Source: the human T2T-CHM13v2.0 reference genome, Homo sapiens. Taken from it: a DNA stretch of 64,000 nt. A program made the position numbers and the translations under genes. The notes below the pieces were generated by a model. The model was not told the DNA's origin. It searched no databases and worked only from the letters and a program-made list of their open reading frames with translations. Location of the stretch: NCBI RefSeq assembly GCF_009914755.1, contig NC_060933.1; one strand, given 5' to 3'. Below, one piece after another: positions 27,371 through 64,000 of this stretch. The number at the start of each line of letters is the position of its first letter. The first letter of the stretch is position 1.

Positions 27371-28617
27371 GCACTCCTGTTTCACTCTGCGTGTGTCTGT
27401 TCTTCTGCCTGTACCTCTGCTCCCGCTGCCCCGGGCCCAGGCTGCCGTGGGTTGGCAGGAGGCTGCCCAGCAGTGGTGTGAGGACGTCCCACCAAGTCTG
27501 GCCACACCCTGGGTACATTCCAGCCCACCTGTGCCAGGGCTCAGCAGCTGCACGCAGCACGCTTGGCGACCTCAGCCCCAGGAGGTGGAAGTCCACTCTG
27601 CAAGGCTCCCAGGCAGCCGCCTGCAGCCCTGCCCCCCGCCTTCAGGCTCCTGCCCCCTCCAGCTGTCAGCAGCGCCCAGCCTCCACCCCCACAGCTACTG
27701 TTGCCATGAGAACCCTGCAGGGCAGGCAGGAAGAGTGTGCCAGTGAAGGGGAGGAGGTGGCCAAGCTGGAGGCTCCTCTGCCTGGGAGCCTTGTGGCCCC
27801 AGGGTGTTGGGCAGTCACTGCAGTCCCTGAGCAGGTGCTGTGGCCCACAGCAAGCTTAGCCTGGCCCCTTAGCCCACAGCCCATGAGGTCAGGGCCGGGT
27901 TCAGGGGTTCGCCTGGTGTGGGGATGGGTCGACAGTACGTGAACTTGCCAGGATCACACCATGGACGGCTATGTTGGGGTTTCAGTGGGCCCTGCTTTGA
28001 ACAGTGCAGAATGGGGTAGGTCCTGCCCTTCAGAGCCAAGGGCATCAGCTCCCCACCCCTCTGCCAAGCTAGAACGTTCCCAGGCCCAATGCCTTGGGGA
28101 GGGGCTGGCAGAGTGGGACGAGGACATTACCAGGCAGGTATGGCAGGTCACGTGCAGGCCTTCCCAGGCTGGCAGGGACCGGATGCAGGAGTGGCCTCAC
28201 CCAGAGGGGATGGCATCCTGGGGACACAAGAGGCTGCAGGGGCCATCTGGCCCCAGGTACCCGCCAAGATTTTGGCATTGGCAGCCTTGAAGCAGATAGG
28301 GCCTGGGGAGAGGCCAGTGGGGCACAGAGTAGCCCATCTGCTCCTGCCTCGCCCGACAGGAGATGCGAATTCCAAGATGCCCCTGACCAATCTCTGCAGC
28401 CCAGGCCAGGGTTCGGGCCCCTCCTCTCAGGCAAGTGTGTTGGGGTGACACTGGCGGGACTGGCAGGCTGCTCCGGGCCACAAGACTCCTGCTTAGACAC
28501 TGAGGTCTGTGTCTTGGGGGTGCTGCAGGGACCCTGTGCTCTGCACAGCCCCAAATTGGAGCCAGTGCAGCTCATGATCCCCAGCTCCACGGTGCAGCCC
28601 CCACTGGGTGCGGCCCC

Positions 28618-28791
28618 TTTAAGTACAGCCCCTTCAGCTGCCATCAGGGGCAGCACTGAGCAGCCAGGCCAGGATCCGCGCTGCTGCCTGGAAGCTTCTG
28701 CCCGTGCCGGGGACGCAGCAGTGCCGGGGACACAGAGGAGCCGACCTGGGGGTGGCACAGCCCACCGGGGCACAGCCAGAGCAGCACCCAG
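28618..28791 (+). promoter_or_regulatory. AJM1: Predicted AJM1 promoter and first (5' UTR) exon
   Basis: TATA-like tttaagta at 28618-28625 and a strong donor CAG|GTAAGG at 28791/28792. Exact TSS not determinable. Confidence 0.55.
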
Positions 28792-30397
28792 GTAAGGGGC
28801 TAGGGGCCGAGTTGCTGAGTGTGTCACCGTCATGGGCGGGGGAAGCTGCCTTAGGGCAGCCGAAAGGATGGGGAGTCCCCGCCCCCAGGCAACACCGGCT
28901 GTATCCCTTGAAGGGCCGCTCCCAGCCAGGGCAAGGCAAGGCAAGGCAGGGCTGGGAGGTGGGGAAGGCCGCCAGCCATCTCCGTGGGCTCCAGAAGGCC
29001 TTGGGCCCGGGAGAGGGCCGACCCCACCCCCATCCCCACGGGAGGGGGTGTCACCGACAGCTGCAGCCAGCAAGGCCGACTGTCACCTCCCTGGGGTGGA
29101 GCCTCACACCCTGTCATCCGGCCGGATTCCGGCCTGGCCTTGAGCTTAGCATGAAAGAGGGAGCAGGAGGGTAGACAGTCCTGCCACGGGTGGGGTGGAG
29201 GGGGGAGATGGGGGGGTGGGCGGGGGAGGCTGGGATGGGCACAAGGCCTGGGACTCGTGGCCCTGACCCAGAAAAACAGCCCTGCCAGCAGGAAGCCCCT
29301 GCACACCTGGGACACAGAGGGGGGACCCGGCCAGACCCCGAGAGGCCCATCCACCTGAGGTTCTGCCCTGCAAGGGGCCTGGCCAGGTACCCGCTTTCCC
29401 CAGCTCACTCTGGGGTAGACCCCCCAGACCAGGTGTTGGGTGTGCAGAGGCCAGGCCTGTGGCCACTCTCTGACGCACCCCCCAGCTGGCTCTGGGATCA
29501 CAGAGGGGTTGGCAGCCCACATCTGAACCCAGGCCAGCCTGCCGCGTGGGGGCCTAAGAAATGCAGGTTTCCATGGAACCTTCTGAGCGAAATGGGGAGG
29601 GCCCTCTCCTGCAAAGCAGTGGGGCTTCCCCCACCCTCCGCCCTGCCCACCCCCAGCGGGCAGCTTCCAGGCCTGGTGCGCAGCTCAGAGGAGGGGCTGC
29701 CACGAGCTCGCGGCTCGATGGCTTGGGACTGCCTTGCAAACCCTAGGGGGGTGTCCTGTGCGTTTACACAAAGCTGGGGCCTTGTTTCAACCACCCAAAG
29801 ATACTTGGGGTCAGAAAAGGTGTCGGCAGAGGAAAGGGAGATTTAGGGCCCGGGTATGCTCTCTGGGGGCATTTTTCTGGCCTGGGGCTCGCGGGAAGTT
29901 GAGGGCACCTAGGCGTGGGTCCTTGCAGTGCTGGGGGCGGGGCTCTGTGCTCGGCCCGGCCAGCAGGTGGGGTGGTTGGTGTCACCCACTTGGTGCAGAG
30001 CCGGCTAAGGCTGAGGCCCAGGGACTCGCCTTCCACTGTGCGCGATCGGAGGGGTCGCTCTGCAGTGGGCGCTGTGACGGGGGCGCAGTCACTGACGTCT
30101 CCTGGGGCAACACCTATAAATAAGGCCCAAATGCGGCCCGTCCTTCCAACTGCGGACACCAGAGGGCGCAGCCCCAGGACCACGCCCCCACTCCCCTACC
30201 CCACCCGGAAAGGGGTCCACCCGAGCCGACCCCGCCGTCACTAGTCGGGGGAGGGGAGGCCCTGGAGCTTCACGCGGGAGCTCCCGCCGCGGGAACCACA
30301 ACCACGGCTAAGCCTTTCTGGCCCGCCCGCCCCATCGCAGGGAGAGGACGGGGGGACGGGCAGGACGGGCGCCTGGACAGCTGGGTTCCTCCCGCAG

Positions 30398-30481
30398 GTG
30401 CTTCTGACCCCGGCATGGAGGAAGCGCCCGCGTTCTCGGCCCAGGCCCGCAGCCAGGGCTGCTCCGCCCGCTGCGCCCCAG
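30398..30481 (+). other. AJM1: Predicted AJM1 exon 2 (84 nt, carries an upstream ATG)
   Basis: Acceptor ttcctcccgcag| and donor CAG|GTAAGC. Next acceptor tctccccccag| at 30557/30558 precedes the main ATG. Confidence 0.65.
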
Positions 30482-30583
30482 GTAAGCCGGGCCAGCGTGG
30501 GGGAGTAGCGGGGCCTGGGCTGCGGAGGGGGCCGCCCTGACCCGCGTCTCCCCCCAGGGCAAAAGCCCCGCAAGGCAGTGTGA

Positions 30584-33547
<2,964 letters not shown>

Positions 33548-34981
33548 GGCGCCGGGCCCACCAGGCCTAGCCCAGGCGCTGGCCCGAACCCTGCCCTGCC
33601 CACTCAGGCCCCGCCCGGCCCACCCAGGGCCGCCCCCGAGCCCCGCCAGGGCCCCACCCCGACTTCTTCTAGGCCCCGCCTCTAATTCCCCAGCCTTCCA
33701 AGCTCCGCTCAGTTCGGCCTCCAGCTCCGCCCAGGCCCCCACCCCCCGGCCCTTCGTCCCCGTAGTGTTCCTCACAGGCCCTTCGCCTTCCCACCCCCAG
33801 CAACCCCTCTCCCTCCTCCGGGCCTCCTCCCTCTCCCAGCTCGCCCTCGAGGATCCCCAGAAGAAGTCGGTCCTCGCCCTCGGTGCTCCCCGCTGGGAGG
33901 CGGGGTGGGCCTGAGGACCGCCGAGCTCTGCCTTCACTCGGAGGGGTCACTACTGCACAGACCCCACCCGTAGAGATCCGGTCCCCGTCGGTCCGCGGGG
34001 CTCTCGCTGGAGCCTCCCCGACTCCGGTTTCCCCTCGTCCAGAAGCCCGACGTAACCAAAGCCCAGTCTGTCACTTTAAACACGCCCCGCCCCGCCTCCC
34101 GCGGCTGTGTTGCCTCCTCGCTGGAGAACACCCTGGTCGACCTCTGTGCGTCCGTGTGCGCGAGCGCGTCCCGCCGAGGCGGTGGGCAGGGCGGACGGTG
34201 CGCAGTGCGTTCCCGCTGGTCGGAGCCAGCACACTAACCACGCCACGCGCCCTGCCGTCCCTTCGCCTCCAGCCGCTGCAGTCTGGGCCCTGCAGGAGCT
34301 GGGAAAAACCGCAGGGAGGTCTTCAGGCCGATATGCAAGTCTCCCAGCCGAAGGGGCAGGGGACCTGAACAGGGGAAGCAGAGCACCTGGGCCTGGCCAG
34401 AGCTGACACCTGGCTAGGAGAGGAAGGACCAAGGGACGGGGCGTTCCCAGGTGGGAGCCTGGAGGGCAAAGCGTGGTGCGAGCAGGTGAGGGAGAGAGCT
34501 AGTTGGTAAGCGTGGAAGCCCACCCGAGGGGGCTTGACCTGTCCCGAGAGGTCCCCGCACACCCGCTCTGGCCGCACGCCGTACTGCGGGCGTGGAGGCG
34601 CAAGCCCGGCGGCCCGGCCTCCACCTGTCCCCCAAGTGCACCCTGGTCCGCGCCCAGAGCTCTCTGGAGGGTGGGGTATGCGGGAGAGGGGTGGAGGCCA
34701 AACGCAAGGGCCCTCCTGGAGTCCCCAGCCCTACTTCGGAGCCAGGGGAGGGGGCACCAAGTGAGAGAAATTGGGCACCCCCGCCTCCGCTCCTGCTTTC
34801 GCACCCGGCACGCCCATCTCGTCCCCGCGCGTCTGCACCGGCCAGGCGTCCCGCTTGCCCACCCGCCGCCGCGCCCCGCGCCCCCTACCCCAGGGCCTCT
34901 GCATTCGGCCCCACCCCTGAGGGCCGGCCGGGAACGCCCCTGGACCGGAATAATTTCCAGGGGGCAAGAGCTTTCGAACCA

Positions 34982-34987
34982 AGTAAA
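34982..34987 (+). terminator. Probable AJM1 polyadenylation signal (variant AGTAAA)
   Basis: Short A-rich patch (aagtaaaatagaac) in GC-rich sequence about 1.4 kb after the stop. Confidence 0.5.
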
Positions 34988-35044
34988 ATAGAACTTGAAT
35001 GTAGCGGCTGCCGTTGCCTCCTTGTACCGGTAGCGGGGTTGGGG

Positions 35045-35215
35045 ACGGAAGCCTTCGGTCGGTGGAGAGGAGAAAGGGAGAGGCCTTCGGGCGGTGGACG
35101 GGGAAGAGAGGGAGTCCTTCGGGCGGTGGAGGGGGTGGAGAGAGAGCGGGGAGGGGGGAGGCCTTCGGGCGGTGGGAGGGGGAGAGAGGGAGGCCTTTGG
35201 GCGGTGGGGGCCACG
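35045..35215. repeat. Degenerate purine-rich tandem repeat, ~30-bp unit gccttcgggcggtgga(g)ggggagagagggag, about 5 copies
   Basis: Recurrent cctt(c/t)gg(g/t)cggtgg core separated by G/A runs. Confidence 0.8.
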
Positions 35216-35359
35216 GGGAGGGTGGTCCTCGGACTACGTGCGGGACAGGAGGTCAGGGCTGGCAAGTCCCTCAGGCCTCCCTCGTTGCCCCAGCCTCGCG
35301 GGCCGCCTAACTGCCCCGTTCCAAGGGTGCCACCGGACCCCGCTGGAGAGGAACTTCTC

Positions 35360-35612
35360 CGTTGGCTGATTTCATCACCACCCATTCCCGATTCCACGTT
35401 TCCTTTAAGCGGGGCTGGCGGAGCCGCAAGGCGGCAAGGAACTGGATTGCGATTGGTCAGCACGTGCCTCGGTCGGCGGTACAATTGGCTGAGGCGCTGG
35501 GCCTTGGGAAGCATTCCCCGACGGGATTGGTCGTCGCTCTCGCAGAGCCCGCCTCCCGCAGTACAAGCGGCCCCCGGGTCGGGTGGGAGGAGGGGACTCC
35601 GGGAGGAGGAAC
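35360..35612 (+). promoter_or_regulatory. PHPT1 CpG-island promoter and 5' UTR
   Basis: Inverted CCAAT boxes (ATTGG) at 35452, 35484 and 35526; E-box CACGTG at 35461; CpG rich. Confidence 0.75.
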
Positions 35613-37029
35613 ATGGCGGTGGCGGACCTCGCTCTCATTCCTGATGTGGACATCGACTCCGACGGCGTCTTCAAGTATGTGCTGATCCGAGTCCACTCGG
35701 CTCCCCGCTCCGGGGCTCCGGCTGCAGAGAGCAAGGAGATCGTGCGCGGCTACAAGTGGGCTGAGTACCATGGTGAGGGCGGGACCTGCGGGCATGCCAG
35801 GGGCACGCCTGGCGAGGCGGGGGCGGGGCTGGCGGGACGGAGACGGGGCTGACGAGGCAGGGGCGGGGCTGGCGGGGCGGGGGCGGGGCTGCGGGCCGTA
35901 GCGGACTGCGCTCTGCTCCGAGTCCTGCCCCTGCTAGGTTTGACCCAGGCTGAGGTCCTGGGCGGGAAGGGCGTGACACGGCCTGACACCCTCCCCAGCA
36001 GTCTCCCAGTTCCCGCGCCCTCCCCGGTTCCACCCTCCTTCGCTCATTCATCCCTGTCCCAGCCTCAAGGGGCTTCGTCTCTCCTGGGGAAGGGGCTGTT
36101 CAGAGCTGGGATTTCAGACCCCTTCGGCTGGGAGTTCCTCCCGCGGCCTCCAAGGGCGGCCAGGGCACGTCCTGAGGCCGCCCTCCCATCCCAGCGGACA
36201 TCTACGACAAAGTGTCGGGCGACATGCAGAAGCAAGGCTGCGACTGTGAGTGTCTGGGCGGCGGGCGCATCTCCCACCAGAGTCAGGACAAGAAGATTCA
36301 CGTGTACGGCTATTCCATGGTGAGCCGCAGCCCCGTCCCGCCCTGCCGGAGGCCCCAGTACCAGCTTCGAGGCCCACCTGAGCCTGCTGCCCTGACCCGT
36401 GGCCCCAGCTGAGCACGCAGGCTTCCTGGGGTTCTCCCAGGGTCGGCGGCAGAGCCCTCCCTCCAGGGCCCATTGTGTTCCTGCATTCCCCCATGGAGCA
36501 CACGCCAGACCTGAGGGGTGGGACGGACACCCCCAGGCATGGCCGGCTGTCTCCTCTCCCTGCCTTGGGAGGCCTTGCTGGGCTCTAGCTGTCCTCCAGC
36601 ACTTTGGGCCCTGGGCCCCCAGAGGCAGTCAGTACCTGGGTGGAGCTCAGAGTCCCCACCTGTGCTCTTCACAAAAACCACCAGCAGATGAGACCCACGT
36701 GCGTCCCTCTGGGCGCCTCAGGCCCCAGGATCCACCATCAAGGTTTGCTTGCCTGTGGAGGTCGCCTCTCCCCAGGGGAGCCCCCAAGGGCGGTCGGGAT
36801 GGTGGGTTTGGCATCCCCAGGCACTGCCTATCCCTTTCCCACACTCGCTTCTGGTGTGGCTGGTGGCTGGATGCCCAGAGCCGGGTATCGGGTTGAAGGG
36901 TCCAGGTAGTGCCAGCAGGCGTCTTCTCTTCTCCAGGCCTATGGTCCTGCCCAGCACGCCATTTCAACTGAGAAAATCAAAGCCAAGTACCCCGACTACG
37001 AGGTCACCTGGGCTAACGACGGCTACTGA
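35613..37029 (+). CDS. PHPT1: 14 kDa phosphohistidine phosphatase 1 (Janus family), 125 aa
   Basis: Exons 35613-35772, 36195-36319, 36937-37029 total 378 nt. [25 protein letters not shown]...WAEYHADIYD (catalytic His53)...CLGGGRISH...VTWANDGY. Confidence 0.98.
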
Positions 37030-37186
37030 GCACTCCCAGCCCGGGGCCTGCTGCCTCCAGCAGCCACTTCAGAGCCCCCGCCTTTGCCTGCACTCCTCTT
37101 GCAGGGCTGGCCCTGCCTGCTCCTGCGGCAGCCTCTGGTGACGTGCTGTCCACCAGGCCTTGGAGACAGGCTAGCCTGGCCACAGA

Positions 37187-37192
37187 ATTAAA
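37187..37192 (+). terminator. PHPT1 polyadenylation signal ATTAAA
   Basis: About 160 nt after the stop codon. Confidence 0.8.
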
Positions 37193-38598
37193 CGTGTTGC
37201 CACACCTGCCGGCTTCTGAACTCTGTCCTTGGCTTCCTGCACCCTGCGTCACCACCTCCGGGGGCCCCCAGACCCTAACTAAAGCAGGTGGGTGGGGGAA
37301 CACAGGAGTGGCCCCAGGGAGTGGCGGTGCACACTCAGCCCTTTGGGGTCTGATAAAGGGGCCCGCTGATGGCCTGACTGCTCTTCCCACGGCCATCGTC
37401 CTCCAGGGCATCTTGGAGGAGGTCTGGCAAGCCCTTGCGAGAGGAGTCAGGGCCTGGTCCCTCGGGCTGGCCAAGACCTGGGGCGCCCACCAGTGCTCCC
37501 TCCTATGAGCCCATCCCAGGGCTCCCCAGTGTCCTGTCTGCCCTGAGGCTCCTTCCGTGACCTGCAGGCTCCTTCCATGACCAGCCCCATGGGGCCTACC
37601 AGTATCCAGGGTCAGGTCGCACAGCTGCATCTACCCCACAGGCTCACGTTGACTCTGGAGGCCCCTCCCAGGTCCCTCTTGCACCCGGCAGGGCTGTGGG
37701 CAGGACACGGGTTCAGGCCTTGCCCTGGGAAGCCCCATACACAGTGGGACTCCATGGGGTGGTGCAGGGGCACCCTGGGGGCCAGGGCTGGTTGTACACA
37801 GGGCACCCCCACCTTTGTCAGCTCACTGGTCCTCCGGCCAGCCTCTCCAGACGGGCACTGTCATAACCACATTTTACAGACCGGGACACTGAGGCTCAGT
37901 GACACAAGCTCCGAGGTCACACCATGGGAAATCACAAACAGGGCCTGGCCCCAAATGCCACACTCCTTCCCCAGCCCCAAAGACCCTGCCCCAAGCATGA
38001 GTCTGCTCCATGAGAAACCGAAGTTTCTGGGCTCCTAGGGACCCTGTATCTGGCACCGGACAGCACCTGGCTGCTCAGGACGAATGAATGACGGCGTGAT
38101 CCTCCACAGCCTGACTTAAAGGCAGGTTCCCCACGGCTGAGAACGCAGGGACCAGCTCTGGTGCACGTGCTGGACTCCTGCAGCTGCTGGACTGGTTGAG
38201 TCCTGACCTTGGCCAGCACCACGCTATTGCCAGAGGCACAGTGAGAGGCCACGGCGGCCTCTGCCCGCCCCACACTGCCGAGCAGAGTCCTGGTGGGGTG
38301 CCTGGGTCCCTCCCCATTCCAGTGGGAGCCTCCCCTTCACCAGGCAGGGCAGGGCAGGGTGGAAGAGCCTGACCTTGTGTCTGAGGGAGCCGGGCAGGTG
38401 GGAGCTGACCCTGGGTCAGAGGCCCCCTCCTGGGGCCACTTTCACGGCCCATGCTTGGCACCGTCAGCACTGGGTGGGGCCGGGCCGAGGGGCCCTCCAC
38501 TTAACAGCAGAGTCAGCGTGCGGGGCCAGCGCAGGCTGATAACCGCACGGAACTTCCCAGGCACCCTGTGTGGCCGCACTGCTCCCTCTGGCCCAACC

Positions 38599-46785
<8,187 letters not shown>

Positions 46786-46949
46786 ACCACCCCAGACAAG
46801 GCCCCGCTTCCTCACGTGACATCCAGCACTTGGTCAGACCCTAGCCAGGGACCGGACACCTGCCCCGCCCAGGCTGGGACAGGCTGCAGGTCTCAGGATA
46901 TGCTGAGGCCTGGGCGTTCCCTGCCCTGTGCTGACTCTGTTGCTCTGTG

Positions 46950-46955
46950 AATAAA
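46950..46955 (+). terminator. MAMDC4 polyadenylation signal AATAAA
   Basis: Canonical hexamer 165 nt after the stop. Confidence 0.85.
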
Positions 46956-48464
46956 CACCCTGGCCCATGAGGGCAGCCCAAGCTCCCAGGGTGAAGTCAG
47001 TGTGTCCACACTTTACCAGCCAGTGAGGGTGGGGGCTGCAAGTGTTAAGTGACGTGCTAGGGGCGCCTGCTTGCTTCTGGATGCAGCTCAGGAACCAGAG
47101 ACAAGGGACCCTCTCTCATCAGGACACAGACCCACCCAGGACAAGGGCCGGGGCAGGCCCTACCAGCTAGGGGCTCTGCATCTATTGAGGACAACAGTGA
47201 AACTGACCCACAGCATCAGGGGCATGCAGAGGAGATGACCCTTAGGGGACAGGGTGCATGGAGCAGGCCTGGAAGGGAGAAGTGCCCCAGCTGGGCCCAC
47301 TGTCTGTGGTATAGGCCTGAGCTGCCCCAGGGGCTGTGGGTCACAGTACCCAGGTCACCAGGTGCCCCAGGGCTGTGGGTCGCAGTGGCCAGCTAAGTGG
47401 GTGCCTCAAGGCTGCGGCTGAGCCCTTCCCTTTGGCCCCCATGCCTGAGCAGGAGGGTGACCCTGTGAAGCTGTCACTGGGCCTGGGGCACCAGCAGAGG
47501 ACTGCCATCCTAACGCAGGGTCAACGTCACTAACCTCAGCTCCCAGAGCTCTGCTCCTCCATGTGGGTGACTTGGCCACTGCCCCATGGTGAGGGCCTGG
47601 TCTTGTGGCTCTGAGGCCTGGCTGTGGGTGGCTGTCCCCAGGGAGGGTAGCGATACCCAGACCTGTGCAGCCAGGCCCCCTCCTGCCCACAGGAAAGCCC
47701 TACCCTGCCTCATGAACACACATCTGCCCCCAGGAGCCATGCGGTGTTGGAGGGCACAGCACAGCACCCTTGCCAGCCGCTAGGCTCCCATCCGCCCTGG
47801 GGACTAAGTCCCAGCGGAGGGCGGCAGTTGGGCACGGCTACCGCCGTCCCTCGTCTTCAGGTGCCGTGGGGCTGACCAGTGCCCACCAACTGTCCACGCA
47901 GATGGGCGAAGAGGAAATGGCCCTGCAGAGACCTTCAGAGCTCCCCCCGGCAGCCCACTCCCGGGCATCAGTCATGAAAATTCACCAGCTTTCCCCACAA
48001 CTAGGGGCCTGGGAGCTGAGAGCAGGACCGGACAATCTGGCCCCAGCGCCAAGGGCAGGAACTTTTCCCAGCTTCTCTTCAGAGCTGCATCAAAGAAAGC
48101 AGCGCCCAGTGACACCGCTCCTCTTCCTTCCACGCCTCAGGCCTCCACCCCTCACCCTTGTATAAGGTGGTGCTCAGAGCTCCCCGAGGCCTCTGAGCCA
48201 CAACCACTACTGGGCAGACACCCCAGGACAGGAAGGTGGAGTTCTGCACCCTGATCTGAGGAACGCGATGTAGGGAGAAAAACAGCCAGCAGAACCCAGC
48301 GCTTTGCAAGGTTTTGTTTGTTTGACAGCAGGAATGGGCTGGGGAGGGTCCCCCGCAAGCTGGACCCCTTGTTCCGTTCGGCCCGTGAGGAGAACGGAAC
48401 TGGCGGCCAAGGGGAACCGGCGGAACGAGATCAGCTGGAGCGCACTGATTTCGAGGCTTTGTGT

Positions 48465-52439
<3,975 letters not shown>

Positions 52440-52947
52440 GGCGGGCGAAGACGAGCGTCCGTCCGGCGGCTCAGCGGCAGCTGCTAGAGACCTGGCGCGG
52501 CGACGCTACGTCCCCTCGGCACCTCCCCGCTTTCGGCGTCCCATTGGCTGGCTGCACGCGGGGGCGGGCACTTCCCGTGCTCGGGGCCATTCGGCGTTCG
52601 GCTCGTCTGAGGGACGTCGTGGCCGGGCGCCGGCGACGTAGGGAGGGCGACGTCGGGGCCTGGCCTGGCCTGGCGAGGCGCGGTAGCCGCTGGGGCTGCA
52701 GGTCGGGAGGACCCCGGAGCCCGGGCCCCGCGGCCTCCGAGCACACGCGGGCGGCGGCTGCGCCCCGACGCGCAGCCCCCGTGCCTCCCCGGGCCCCGCA
52801 CCCCGGCCGGGCCACGCGGGCGGAGGGGGCGCGGGGTCTCCGCTCTAGCCGTGCGGCCGCCCCCCTTTGTTTTGCCGCCTGCGCGGCTGGGACCTGCGCT
52901 CCAGGACCAGGGCCGTGGGGCCCGAAACGCAGCGTGGGGTGGGACAC

Positions 52948-54650
<1,703 letters not shown>

Positions 54651-55393
54651 AAAATATCCCATAAACTCTGACTGGATGTATCTCCACTCAAGTCCCCCTT
54701 TGTTGTGTGCCAAAAATGCTTATCGTCACTCCAGTGCCACCAGCCCCCAGGAAGATTGTGATGAAGGTGGAGTTGGCCTGGAAAGAGGCAGCCTTGTTAA
54801 CACTGCAGTTCAGGCCTCCTAACATGACAAACTTAACCAACACCTGATCTCATGAACGCATTGGGAGGCCCTTTTCAGAGCCTGGGAGACCCATGCAAGT
54901 GGGGCTCAGCTAGCTCCGTAGTGAGCCTGGGCTGAGAGAGAGGGGACAGCTACATCTAGCTGTCCTCTGCAGGTGTCCACCAAGACAGCCGTTGTCCCAT
55001 CTGGCCCTCCATCGGGAGTCCAGGCCTGATGCCACAAGTCACTTGTGCCCTGTCCTTGGCACTCCCTGCACCAAGGCATGATGGATACAGGTGTCTGTGT
55101 GAGGCTGTCCTCACTGCCCACTCCGTCCCACTCCATCCCACTCCGTCCGTCCCACTCCGGGGTCGTTTGTTTGCACTCCCTCCTATTCCTGGATTCTTCC
55201 GACTTCGGGCCCAGAGGAAAGCAGCTGATACAAAGAAGCAGCTTTGGGGGGTCTGGTGAGCCTCTCGTATCTCACTGGAGATGTTGCACCAGTCTGTCTA
55301 CCAGTTATCCATTTAGCTTCATGCATGGAGAAAAGACAATTCCAAAGACTTCTGGAGAAAAAAAGTCTCTTCATTTCCATCTGCAGATCTTAG

Positions 55394-57702
<2,309 letters not shown>

Positions 57703-57709
57703 ATTAATT

Positions 57710-61620
<3,911 letters not shown>

Positions 61621-61854
61621 AATTCACATTCTTCCCCACCATCTGTGTCAGCTGCTGCACCACCTACAGTGAGAAGCACCCGGCAGGCCCCGGGACCCTC
61701 CCCGGCTCCACCACAATGAAGACACATGGACATCACACCCAGAGACAGTGCGGCCCTCTCTCTGGACATCTGTCCTTCCTACTTTTTGGCAGAAAACGTT
61801 CCCTCCTCTCTTATTACATATTGGCACCCAGTCTGATGGTAGCAGTTTCTGTTA

Positions 61855-63696
<1,842 letters not shown>

Positions 63697-64000
63697 TAAT
63701 CATCACCGTGTGGGGCCACTTGGGAGTTTTCATTTGAATTTACAATTATTTTGACTGCAGAGAGATCTGAATGTCACTAGGATCACCTTAAAAAAACAAA
63801 GACACAGACAGAATCACAATGTCTAGAATGTCCTGTGAAGTGGGAGTTTTATAAACCAAACACTATGTCCTGTGGTCAAGGTTCTTCCTACCTTTGTGTA
63901 TCTGTGGCTTTAAGTGAAAGACAATTTTCGAAATTCAAGTGAATAAAAAGTGTTTTCTGATTGACCATGAGGAAAAATAGGTGGATAAACATAGCTGGAG

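Noticed and set aside
47322-47392. Two-copy ~40-bp direct duplication (similar short doublets at ~9410-9450 and ~18233-18260)
   Set aside because: Ordinary local slippage duplications with no sign of function.

Overview
Human (primate) genomic DNA, recognisable from the encoded proteins as the gene-dense 9q34.3 RABL6-EDF1 cluster. The window opens inside RABL6 intron 1, which holds an antisense processed nucleolin pseudogene broken by Alus, old L1 remnants, a 21-bp VNTR and an intragenic CpG island. It then contains RABL6 exons 2-15 (+, with intronic MIR4292 and two more VNTRs), AJM1/C9orf172 (+, 976-aa single coding exon with two predicted upstream exons), PHPT1 (+, 125 aa), MAMDC4/endotubin (+, 29 coding exons, 1216 aa) and EDF1 (-, 148 aa). 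The last ~11 kb is Alu and ERV-remnant intergenic sequence. Exon models were read by hand from GT-AG sites and checked by phase and total length. I found no new gene system. The best leads are RNA-level: (1) a spliced upstream ORF in frame with AJM1 and separated from it by a single TGA; (2) a recursive-type splice donor at the start of RABL6 exon 14 that would swap the lysine-rich tail; (3) two weakly spliced MAMDC4 exons and a triple tandem acceptor in its signal peptide; (4) an Alu inserted about 20 nt upstream of the last MAMDC4 acceptor. Most long ORFs in the supplied track are GC or Alu artefacts.
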